Assembly: GCA_032718475.1 (NCBI GenBank)
Contig: JAUCBJ010007720.1
Span: 62,001 to 126,000, forward strand
DNA: 64,000 nt
Origin: Nemertoderma westbladi
Taxonomy: Eukaryota > Animalia > Xenacoelomorpha
Reading direction: 5' to 3'
The position numbers and the translations under genes were made by a program. Of the stretch, positions 42,450 through 52,459 are shown in pieces (the first letter of the stretch is position 1; every line of letters starts with the position of its first letter). The notes beneath the pieces were generated by a model. The model saw only the letters and a program-made list of their open reading frames with translations. It was not told where the DNA came from and did no database searches.

Positions 42450-43004
42450 ATTTTAAATTATATCCATTGCAAATTTAAATCAGTTAGTTATAAATCCAGA
42501 AAGTCTGATTCTATAGCGACTGCAGAATAATTCAGTTATTTGTAATTCAGTTTATTATTATTGCTAGGTAGGCATCTACCATCTTATTGCTACAACATTC
42601 AGTATTTACAGTTACTATAGCTATACATTATTATCCAACCAGTTTTTTGACTTTTTATGTCCTCTTCTTTTTCCAATTCTTTTCTTTTCTACATTTTATA
42701 CATTTTTTTGTCTTTTTTCATTTCTCATCTATTATTCATTTCACATTTCATTATTTCATCACATTTAATGATTTATTTCCATATTTCATCATTTATTTCC
42801 ACATTTCATTGGGGTTATAGCCCCCTGGCTATCATCATTTGATATAAGCGCAGCACCAGGGTGCGCATCATTACATTTTCATCATCATACGCGTCATCAT
42901 TCAGTTTATAGTAGGGTTGTCTGTTTCTTTTCATCATTTCCAACTACATTCAACCATCTTCTTTGGGAAATTTTCGTAGTGGAAGGGGTGGTGTTATGCG
43001 GAAA

Positions 43005-43410
43005 TCTGGGATCTACAGCTGGGCTAGTTACACCGCCTACGCCCCAAACTGCACACGTAACGGACAATGAAGACGCTGGAAGTGAAGTCACGTGGAATGC
43101 ACCAGGGACCCACCAGAATAACACTACCAACAACATAAAGCTCAGCCGACGAAGTCATGTGGGATGGGGTTATGCAACATTCTGGGATCTACAGCTGGAC
43201 TAGTTACACTGCCTACGCCCCAAAATCCACGCAACGGTCCCACCAGAATAACGCGGCTGAGAAACATAAAACCTCTATCGACGAAGTCATGTGGATGCAC
43301 CATGGACCCACCAGAATAATGGGATAGAGGGGGTGTTGCGCGGCAATTCGGGATCTACAGCTGGACTAGTTACACCACCTACGCCCCGAACTGCGCACGC
43401 AACGGACAAC
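43005..43410. repeat. Three imperfect ~170-bp tandem repeats between pol and the accessory gene of element 1
   Basis: Core GGATCTACAGCTGG(A/G)CTAGTTACAC..CCTACGCCCC at ~43009, ~43185 and ~43351, with shared CCCACCAGAATAA and CGACGAAGTCATGTGG blocks. Confidence 0.85.
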
Positions 43411-43680
43411 ACAATATAACACAATGGATACAATGAATTCCACTTCGAATCTTTACCATTTCCAATAATCCAATATTGTTGGTCCTGATGACCAAAATCA
43501 GGGTTAACAATACATAAACTTCCCTGCGTCAGTCGAAACATCTGCAGGGTGACGCTGGACTCCACATAACACACGAGGAAACACAAATACCATTGCGTGG
43601 CTACAGTTGGTTTAAGGGGGGTCCATTATTCATTGTCGGTAAATCACATTTAAAGAGTTTGTCAACAGGATGAGAAGGGT

Positions 43681-46600
43681 TTAAACGGGTTTAGCATTGT
43701 CACCAATGTCCGCAGCAGGATCCGGAGTAGGGAAATTATCACCTCTCTTGGAGTCACCACTGTCTTTGCCATCAAGAAGGCACAGCCTCTGGATAGGGCG
43801 GTGGTAGTGGCCCTTTGGCGTCCATATCGTCACTGTCCTCGCAAGTCCGTCCTTGCTTGGGGTTATTTCCATGACTCGTGCCACAGGCCAGTGGACGCGG
43901 TCTTTAAGGTCTTCCTTACCAAGCACCATGTCGCCAACTGCGATGTTCCGGTAGGTGTTATTCAACTTCCTCCTGGTCCGGAGGGTTATGAGGTACTCTT
44001 GGGCCCAGATTCTCCACCAGTGCGCTGCCAGCGCTTGGGCCTTTTTCCAGTTGGTGTGTCTCGCAATATCATTGGGATCTGGGAACATTGCCTCCGGAAG
44101 AATGTTGGTCTTGGGTCTTCCAAGTAGATGGTTGGGTATAAGAGGCTCCAGATCTGTAGGGTCATTGTGGATGGGTACGATTGGCCGGTTATTTAGGGTG
44201 GCAGTGATCTCGCAGAATGCAGTGCGAAGGGTGTCGTGGGTTACCCGGGTATCCCCTAATGCGACACGCATGGATCGTTTCACCAAGTCGATGAGTTTCT
44301 CCCATACCCCACTCGTGTGGGGTGCTAAGGGCGTTTGGAAATGCCATTGTATATCCAGACTTGGGATGCGGTCTCGTCAGTGAACCATCCCTCGATAGCC
44401 TCTCTGAGTTCCCTTTCTCCTCCCACGAAGTTCGTTCCATTATCGGAGTACATATGCCGGCATGATCCGTTGTTTGCCACAAACCGACGCAGAGCGTTGA
44501 TAAAGGTGTGCTGCGTGAGGTTTACTACAAGGTCTAGGTAAATCGCCCTTGACCTAAGGCATGTGAAGATGGCTCCCCAGCATTTGATGTTGGATCGTCG
44601 CTCGATGACTGTAAATGGTCTGAAACAATCTACTCCGGTTACATAGAACGGCGGTGAATCGGATTGCAGCCGTGTAGCCGGTTGGTCGGCCATTCTTTGG
44701 ATGAGTAGTGGCGCTAGGTATCGTCTGCAAGGGAAACATCGTTTTAAGACTTTCCGGATCAGTGGCTGGATGTGGGTGATCCAATATCTTTGCCAGATGT
44801 TGGTCATAATCCAGTTCTGGCCCACGTGATGGTTTTCCTCGTGACACTGCTGGGTTAATAGCTTCGCTAGTGTTGATGTTCCGGGCAGAAGTGCCGGGTA
44901 TTTGACTTCATATTCAACCGGGGCGTTCGCCATCCGGGTATTTAGTCGGATCAGTCCATCTTCCCCCATCATGGGTCTCAACTGGTAGACTGGGCTGTCA
45001 GGTTTCAAAGTCCTGCCTCTGCTGAGCTGTTCCCATTCATCGGGGAAACTTTCTTTCTGGACGTATCTCACAATACATTTCTCCGCAATAATGAGTTCTT
45101 GTATACTTCATCGAACTATCGGTTTATTATCCTTCCACCGCAGGAAGTTGCAAAGAGTCATGATGTGGTGGATAAGACGTCTCATTGAGGAGGTTCGCTC
45201 TATCAATAGTTGTAAGGACGCGGCTGGTTGCGCAGTAGTCGCAACATTATAGTGCCTGCCCGAGTCCTTTGCAGGCTCAGTCAGGCAACTCTAGATTTCC
45301 ATGGTGGCGCTTCCATGGACTTTGCGAATCTCCTTGTCGTCTTCCGAATATTTCCCGCTATCTAGTTCGGGATCGAATCGGGTGCTCCAGGTTAGTTGTG
45401 GTTGCTTTAAGAACCCCGGGCCTGTGATCCAAAGTTTACTCTTACCGAGCTGTCGTGGGGTGGTGCCTCTGCTCGATAAGTCCGCTGGGTTTTCTTTCCC
45501 GTTTACGTGGTGCCACTGTTCTCGGTTGGTACATTGTTTTATTTCCGTGGCTCGGTTCGATACGAACGTGGTGTGTCGCCGTGATGATGAGTGTAGGTAG
45601 TAAAGCACGATACTCAAATCAACCCAGAAATGCTGCGATTCAATGGGGATTCTTAGGTTCCGCATGATCATGCGGTTCTGCCTCACTGCCCAGATTGTGG
45701 CCTGCAGCTCGAGTCTCGGGATTGTTGCCACGAATTCCCCGGATACCGTCTTGGCTTTGGAGAATAAGAAGCTTGTATCACCATTTCCATCCTGACTTAA
45801 TCTTCTTAGGAAGGTAACTACGCCGATTCCGGTATTCGATGCATCCGAGAAAGTATGGAGCTGGAATATATCGGTGGGTAGTTTGTCGAGGAAGAACGGT
45901 CGAGGGATCCGCATGAGGTGTAGCTGTTCGAGTTGTTCCGTCCACTTCTTCCATTTGGCACTGAGGTGTGGGGGGAGTTCTTCATCCCATCCCAGTCCTT
46001 CTATCCACATTTCTTTGATCAAATTCATTCCGGCCAATGTGGCCAAAATCTGGCCAAAAAGGCGACCTGGGGATATGAAGTTTAATGGATCAAATATGGT
46101 GCTCTTTACAGATAAATATCCCCTCTTTGTCATTGGTTTGGGCAGAGGGTTATGTTTGAAGATGAACTGATCCAGTGAACTGATGCACTGATTTCTTCCG
46201 GGAACCTTTCCATAAGTTCCTTATCGTGGGATCTAAACTTCACAAGAGGGAAACCTCCTCTCTTTAAACATTCCACCATTCCCATAGCCAGCTGATATGC
46301 CTCGTAAACGTTCTCGGCACCAGCGCATCCATCGTCTACGTAGAAACATCGTCGATTGTCTCTATGACTGTCGGAGGGAACTCATTTTCATACATAGTCG
46401 CTGTTTTCTTCAACATGTCGCTACATGCAACCGGTGAGTCCTTAGCACCGAAGATTCTGACAATCATGCGTATTACGTCCTTTATTACGTCTTTATCTCT
46501 TGTAGAGTCAATGTTTTATCTGTCCACAATATAGGTAGGCCGTCTGAGTCTCTTGGTAGCGTTTGGACCTGGTGGAACATCGCTTTGATGTCGCATGTGA

Positions 46601-46945
46601 AGGCTATTTTGTTTTCTCAGAACCTGATCAATACGCCGATCAGTGTACTATAGATGTTGGGCCCGGTGTAAAGTTGGCTGTTTAAGGATTCGCCCTGGCA
46701 CATAGCCGCAGCATCATTCACTACCCAGATTTTGCCGCTCTTCCGGGCTTCCACCACATAGTGGGTCAGGAGATAATATGTCCGTCTAGTCCCCTGCAGT
46801 TCATTCGGGGGCACCATTTCTGCCTATCCATCTTCTAAATAACCTTTAATCACATTATTATATTTATCTTTTATCTCAGGTAGCTCGTTTAACTGGCGTA
46901 AGATGCCTTTAAGCCTCCTTAGGGCCATGCTGGCGTTAATGGATT
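43681..46945 (-). pseudogene. pol: BEL/Pao pol (RT, RNase H, integrase) with stops and frameshifts
   Basis: ORF pieces 46617..46817, 45291..46133, 44325..45071 and 43681..44286, plus intervening frames, are collinear with the element 2 polyprotein from the pre-RT region (NASMALRRLKGI vs NRGMVLTRLRKL) to the C-terminus (RPIQRLCLL vs RAVGKCCLL). YVDD is at ~46335. Confidence 0.93.
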
Positions 46946-47659
46946 ATTGGATCGAGGGGTGGCGTCCCGTTCCGAGTCCTTTTCAGGCTCGTACTGGGGA
47001 ACGCTCGGTGCCGTAGGGTTGGAAGGGAAATAGGGTTCCTCGTCTTTAAGCGTAACCGGTGGGGGGTGGAATGCCAGTGCTTGTGCCAATAATGTGGACC
47101 GTATAATTGGCGGGAACTCGGGTTTCGGAGGTTTCGCAGCCGGTGGCGTAAATGACTTTTCTAATTCCGGGACCAGGATTGGTTCATAGTCCTGTTCTAT
47201 ACCCCTTTCCCAGTGCTCGTATAGTTGAAGGTCCCGTTTTATGAGTGCTGCTTCGTAGTCTGCGAGTTTAGCAATATCCACATTTTTTTTGTGAATAAGA
47301 ATCGCTTGGGCCTCGGCACTTCATTTACGCATTTCGGCCTCTTGTTTCCGTATTTCGGCCTGTTGTTCGGCCTCTACTTTACGCATTTCGGCCTCTTGTT
47401 TACGTTGTTCAGCCTGTTGTTCGGCCTCATTACGTTGTTCAGCCTGTTGTTCGGCCTCAAGTTTACGTTGTTCAGTCCGTTGTTCGGCTTCTACTTTACG
47501 CATTTTGGCCTCTTGTTTTTGTCGTTTGGCCTCTTGTTTCCGTATCTCGGCCTGTATTTCGGCCTCCTGTTTATGTCTTTCCTCAGCTAGTACATCCTGT
47601 TCGATCTGTAATTGGATGTATTCGCCCGAAATTACATCGAAATGATCGCCTATTAACAC
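46946..47659 (-). pseudogene. gag: N-terminal gag remnant of element 1 (coiled-coil repeats, Pro-rich segment)
   Basis: ORFs 47321..47659 (EAEQQAEQRKQ-type repeats) and 46919..47281 (Pro-rich) lie upstream of pol on the same strand. The gag core, knuckles and protease are absent. Confidence 0.65.
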
Positions 47660-49467
47660 AATTCATGGCAGGCCTAAGAGAGTCTAAACTTCGCCAAGAG
47701 GTGCTCAAGGCACCAATGAACTGTCTAACAATCGAGGATCGAGTGCAAGAATACTCGAGGCTAGTCAGTCTGTAGATATGGCGCTAGAGAAGCCAGGCAT
47801 GTTACATAATCCAGTAGCTTCTATGTATATTTCAGATACTGAAAAAGTGAATGGGGAATTATTATGTGCTGTCAAAAGATCGGCATACAAATCACAAATG
47901 CAGTATATAGTAAGGGACTGGCATTTAATGTCAGAATTGCAGGCGTCCACATGGTAAAGATAAATGTTTCACTGTTTTACTGTAAGATCTAGTAGTGTAT
48001 ACCGGCTCGTACAGTATCTGACAATACATCCCAGCCCAGGGTGTCTAAATAAACAGATACTAAATACGCAAACTACTAATGGCAAGGAACGGAGCCTGGT
48101 ATCTATTCTAATACGTGGGCGAGTCAAATGCCCGGGCGAACTAGACAAAACAGGATACCCAGCCTCTAACCGGTGATGCAGATGTACAGTCTACGGTGAC
48201 AGACCAAACTCACGAGGAAACAATCCCCGCGCAGCGAATCCTAACTATCGCTAACGGACCTAAATACCGTAAACTTGCCACGGTGTGATTTATATACGAG
48301 CTAGTGGATTAACAGACTAGTGTAACAATACTACTAACAAGCGGTAGCAGTCAAAGGGGGGTAGTAACTAAAGTAACAATACTGCTGACAGGGGCAAAGC
48401 AGTCAAAAGGGTGCATGCCATCTAAAACCGTAAAACTAAATACTAAATATCTCCTAAAATTACAAACTACAAATGGTAGAACTGCAGAATAGATCCTACT
48501 GAAAGTAACCTAAAGTAAGCTAGTAGCTAGTAGGTCTCGAAGGGGGTATATATATGTTTTAGGACGTGTGTGTGCGTGTTACGAGTAAAACAATTTTGGT
48601 GTATTCCATTGTACTAGGTTTTAGTGATTTTAATCAAAACAATACTGGGCGCTAGCTACTAAAATAAGCTAGTCGCGCTCTGTAGGTTTAATACTTACAA
48701 ACTGACGTCAAAGCTCTCTCCTCCTTATCCACAACTCAACCGGGCAATTACGGTGTTAGTAACTACACCCGTGATCGGCACTAATACCAGATTCTGATTG
48801 TGAGATAAGAGAATAGGTGTTAATTACTACCGTACGTAGCTGATCTCGTACTAATTTGATTCTAGAACTTTGTTACTGCAGTGGTTAGCAGTAAATACCT
48901 ATCAGTACGTGGCAAGGCATGGTAGGATATTAGTAACCTCCCTAGGCCAAGCATGTGTCGGTAGCAGAAATGCTGCTCCTTGCCTGATCAAATATTTCGG
49001 GCTCAGACAGGGGTGGGCAAATGTATAAACTACAAAGTGAACCGGTGCAGAACTGTCAGTACTGCAAATCACTAAATTATAAAACATGTGCTATCCGCAC
49101 CTAAAGTGTACTTGCGCATACTAACGAACAGCAATAGTTCACACCTGTAGGAGATACAGGTTAATCCGGGGATTTTGCTTGTTTGCTCCTGTCTAAGTCT
49201 AAAATATTTGAACCTACATTTTACGGCGTCCCAGGACGGCGTCATGCTTACCCTGATCTATAGGTCTTACTGTGGGCAAGGGCGTCAAACAAAGTCTTAC
49301 CTTCCTCTGACGTGGGCGCTGTATGGCAATGGGGCATGCTTCGAACGGGCGCGCGGGCGAATCTAGTGTGGGCGCTTAGCGTGTTGTGGACATCTTTCCC
49401 TGAGTTGCTGACGGCCGAACGGTTTAGGCAGCCATCTCCCAAATGCTTGGATGTCCCAAAGGTGGAC

Positions 49468-50007
49468 TGTTAGCTTATTCAATCCCGCTAACACCCCATA
49501 AAGTTATAAGCCGATAAGCAATATTGGGAGCCACGAGATTGGGTAATTAACCAACTCGTGCCATCCCAATAAGAATGGGAAGGAGAAGCACACAATGAGG
49601 GTCAGGGGCCAAACCCCTAACCCAGAGAGAATAGGTGGAGTGAACGGGAACACTCCAAAGGGCGCCAACAAGGGTATCAACCAATCAGAGGGGGGAAAGG
49701 CATCGATTAGGTAGAGTAACAAGGCCAACCGTGCAATATAGCCACTTGGCAGTAATCATACCAATTCAGTTATCTCAGTGCAATACCGGTGCTAGATTAG
49801 GTTACATAGTTTTAGATAGGGAAGGACCGGGACTTTAGTTACCGTATCCCGCCTTCCATATACGACAATATTATATCTATATCTATATCTATATCTGCAT
49901 ATCATATTATATACGACAAACAGTACAAACTCATTTACTCTTTATACACGGCGGGGACGCGTGAACTAAAACCGGATAAACCGGGATTCCTCTTGGATCC
50001 CGTCACA
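49468..50007 (+). repeat. 5' LTR of element 2 (540 bp)
   Basis: Direct repeat of 60836-61379 with TG...CA termini. About four substitutions are seen by eye, plus a small indel in the ATATCT microsatellite. Confidence 0.97.
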
Positions 50008-50016
50008 GTAACTAAA
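50008..50016 (+). promoter_or_regulatory. Non-tRNA primer-binding site candidate (GTAACTAAA)
   Basis: Abuts the LTR end, lacks the TGG of tRNA PBSs, and is the exact reverse complement of TTTAGTTAC at 49834-49842 inside the LTR. Confidence 0.5.
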
Positions 50017-50074
50017 CCAGCTGCCGCCCTAGATAAACTCTGTAACCACCAGCCACCAAATCTGCAGGGGAAAG

Positions 50075-52459
50075 ATGAGTCAGTCGGGTGAGATAACACC
50101 GACGCGGACCCCGGACGAAGAGCTAACGATCCGCGAGGCCGCAACCAGGCGATATAGGCCCACGACGCCGGACCCATCGGTAACGGGTCATCCGGCAGTT
50201 CAGGACGAGGGGGGCCTGGAACCCGAGGTCGAGCCGAGAGGAAGAGAGAGCGAGACGGAGGGAGAAGGAGACGAGTCGACACGGGACGGGGGTCGACGCA
50301 CCGGTGTCGCCGGCCAGCCACAGGCCGAGGGCGACGAGCGGCCCACCGAAACGGCGACGGTGGGGCCGACGGTGCGGCCCCGGACGCAGAGAGACGAAGG
50401 AGATATCGGTACCGATGTCGCCGGCCAGCTACAGGCCGAGGGCGACGAACGGCCCACCGGAACGGCGACGGTGGGGCCGCCGGTACGACGTCGAACCCGG
50501 AGAGACGGACGAGGGGTCGGCGACGAGGACGTCGGGGTTTCTGAGCGACTTCGACGGGCCTACAACGCGACCCGGAGACTACTAGAGGAGGCCAGAAAGG
50601 GGAAAACGATAGACGAGGTAAAACTGAAGTCAGGACTAGGTAAGTCGGACAGACATTTATACTATCTAATGCGTTTCGGGCAGAGAGAATTGGCCGAGGA
50701 GAGAGCGAGAAAGGTTGCCGAGGAACTGTATGACTCATGGCGGCATGGGGGTATACAACCTAGTGTAGTGTACATAGGGCCATATTTAATCGATGCCCGG
50801 GGTATAAAATTAATGGGTTGGAACAGACCTGAAGGGGGCGAATCCGAGGTTAACCCCGAGGATTCGGCCTCGTCGGTCGGAGGGAGTTCCGGGAGGAGGG
50901 GGAAAGTTAGTAGATCGGGAAGGCGGAGGGAGTCCGTCGTAACCGATAAGTCTGCTACATCCTCCGCGAAAGAAAGACTGGTGAGAGAGGCAGGTGCCGC
51001 GTACCGTCTCGAGCTGATAGAGCAAGGTCAGAGGGAAATGGATAAACGGCTAGAGGAGGGGAGAATGCGGCTAGAGAGGGAAGCGGCATTGATTAGAGAA
51101 ACCGGAGAGAGGGCCGAAAGGGCTTTGAGAGGCCTTAGGGAGTGTGAGGAAATAGAGGAAAAGGAGTGTAGGGAACGTGAGGCGAGAGAGGAAAGGGAAC
51201 GCAAAGAGCGCGAGGCGGAACGCAAGGAACATGAGGCGAGAGAAGAAAGGGCACGCAAGGAGCGTGAGGCAAGGGAGGAAAAGGAACGCAAAGAGCGTGA
51301 GGCGGAACGCAAGGAGCATGAGGCGAGAAAGGAAAGTGAACGTAAGGAGCGTGAAGCGAGGCGAAGGGAGAGTGCTAGGAAAGTAGTAGAGTTGGCTGAG
51401 CGGGACACGCGGGAGTGTGAGAGGAGAATGGCAGGAGCCGAGCGAGACCATGAGGAATTAAAGAGACGCCAAAGTGAGCTTGGGGAACATAGGGTTAGAC
51501 GCGCGCACGAGCTGCAACTGGTGCGGGCGGGGGCGTCTGAGAGCGAGACAGGCTCGAGTATTTTAGAGGAGCCAGGGGCCGTGGATACATTTATTAATAC
51601 CCCACTTACAGGGACCGCACGACAGACCCAAAACTGGTGTGACCGTACGGGCGGGGGGGGGGGGGGGGGGGGGGGTAATAATGATAATGGTACAGTAGAC
51701 GTGGTTAATATTAATAGTACCGTATGGGATAATTCTAATCAAACCTTTATTGCAGGAAATACTTTGCCTAGTGGTAGTAATTTAAATTTAAATCAGAACA
51801 ATCTTAATATTAATGTAGAAAATAATCCTAATATTAATGTAGCTACGCAAAATAATCCAAATAATCAAAATAATAATAATTCAAATAATTTAATTAATGA
51901 GCCAAGCCCGAATTTACAAGATAATTCAAATGATTTTATTTCGAACGAACAAGTTAATTCCATTCCCAATACAGGTGCTATTAATGTAAACACGTCGGGC
52001 GTGTATGGCCAGACAGATGGGGCCCAGGTAGGCCACGTAATTGGTAGGCAGGGAGTGGCTGGGTTAGGTAGACCCGGCGAGGGCCTGGTAGGCCACGTAG
52101 TTGGTAGGCAGGGAGTGGCTGGGTTGGATGGACCCAGCGAGGGCCTGGTAGGCCACGTAGTTGGTAGGCAGGGAGTGGCTGGGTTGGATGGACCCAGCGA
52201 GGGCCAGGTAGGCCGCATAGTCGGTAGGCAGGGAGCAGAGGGCCTGGTAGGCCACGCAATAGCAGAGAGAGAGGCGGGGGTGAATAGACCCGACCGCGGT
52301 AGGGTTGATGTGTCTACTAGAGAGGGATATAGTAGCGGGATGAGAGATAGCGAAGTTAGATGTGGCGAGTGGGGGGGGGGGGCTACGAGAGCCCCACAAC
52401 AGCGAGTTAGCGGCGAAAAGGGGGGGGGCAGAGAGTGTCCCACAGCCGTCAGCGGATAA
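50075..52459 (+). CDS. gag: N-terminal part of the element 2 Gag-Pol (acidic/Arg-rich repeats, E/R/K coiled coil, Asn-rich block, 20-aa repeats)
   Basis: 794-aa ORF starting 68 nt after the LTR. It overlaps the next ORF across G-homopolymers at 52371-52382 and 52420-52428. BEL elements normally have a single gag-pol ORF. Confidence 0.8.
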   Translation: MSQSGEITPTRTPDEELTIREAATRRYRPTTPDPSVTGHPAVQDEGGLEPEVEPRGRESETEGEGDESTRDGGRRTGVAGQPQAEGDERPTETATVGPTVRPRTQRDEGDIGTDVAGQLQAEGDERPTGTATVGPPVRRRTRRDGRGVGDEDVGVSERLRRAYNATRRLLEEARKGKTIDEVKLKSGLGKSDRHLYYLMRFGQRELAEERARKVAEELYDSWRHGGIQPSVVYIGPYLIDARGIKLMGWNRPEGGESEVNPEDSASSVGGSSGRRGKVSRSGRRRESVVTDKSATSSAKERLVREAGAAYRLELIEQGQREMDKRLEEGRMRLEREAALIRETGERAERALRGLRECEEIEEKECREREAREERERKEREAERKEHEAREERARKEREAREEKERKEREAERKEHEARKESERKEREARRRESARKVVELAERDTRECERRMAGAERDHEELKRRQSELGEHRVRRAHELQLVRAGASESETGSSILEEPGAVDTFINTPLTGTARQTQNWCDRTGGGGGGGGGNNDNGTVDVVNINSTVWDNSNQTFIAGNTLPSGSNLNLNQNNLNINVENNPNINVATQNNPNNQNNNNSNNLINEPSPNLQDNSNDFISNEQVNSIPNTGAINVNTSGVYGQTDGAQVGHVIGRQGVAGLGRPGEGLVGHVVGRQGVAGLDGPSEGLVGHVVGRQGVAGLDGPSEGQVGRIVGRQGAEGLVGHAIAEREAGVNRPDRGRVDVSTREGYSSGMRDSEVRCGEWGGGATRAPQQRVSGEKGGGRECPTAVSG
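52021..52260 (+). repeat. In-frame 60-bp tandem repeat, about 3.5-4 copies, encoding GLVGHVVGRQGVAGLDGPSE
   Basis: Visible in consecutive 60-nt lines 52021-52260. Confidence 0.95.

Larger units (their letters stand above)
38275..47660 (-). mobile_element. Element 1: decayed BEL/Pao (Belpaoviridae) LTR retrotransposon with an accessory ORF; 5' LTR not found, leader may extend to ~49467
   Basis: Minus-strand fragments carry BEL-type motifs in RT-RH-IN order: CDIKAMFHQV and FYVDDG (RT); FSDAS, IPRLELQA, NPADLSSRG (RNase H); VDCFRP, SDNGTNFVG, WWRIWAQEYL (integrase). A PPT-like GGGGGGGAC is followed by TGTT at 39683. Confidence 0.9.

Noticed and set aside
43005-43410. Antisense peptide repeat (GIYSWTSYTAYAPNC) in the ~170-bp repeats
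   Set aside because: Differences between copies look synonymous in two different frames and fit CpG decay, and the frames are interrupted by stops.
47700-47716. TGGTGCC on the minus strand as the PBS of element 1
   Set aside because: It is not preceded by sequence matching the end of the 3' LTR, and tRNA complementarity beyond 7 nt is poor.
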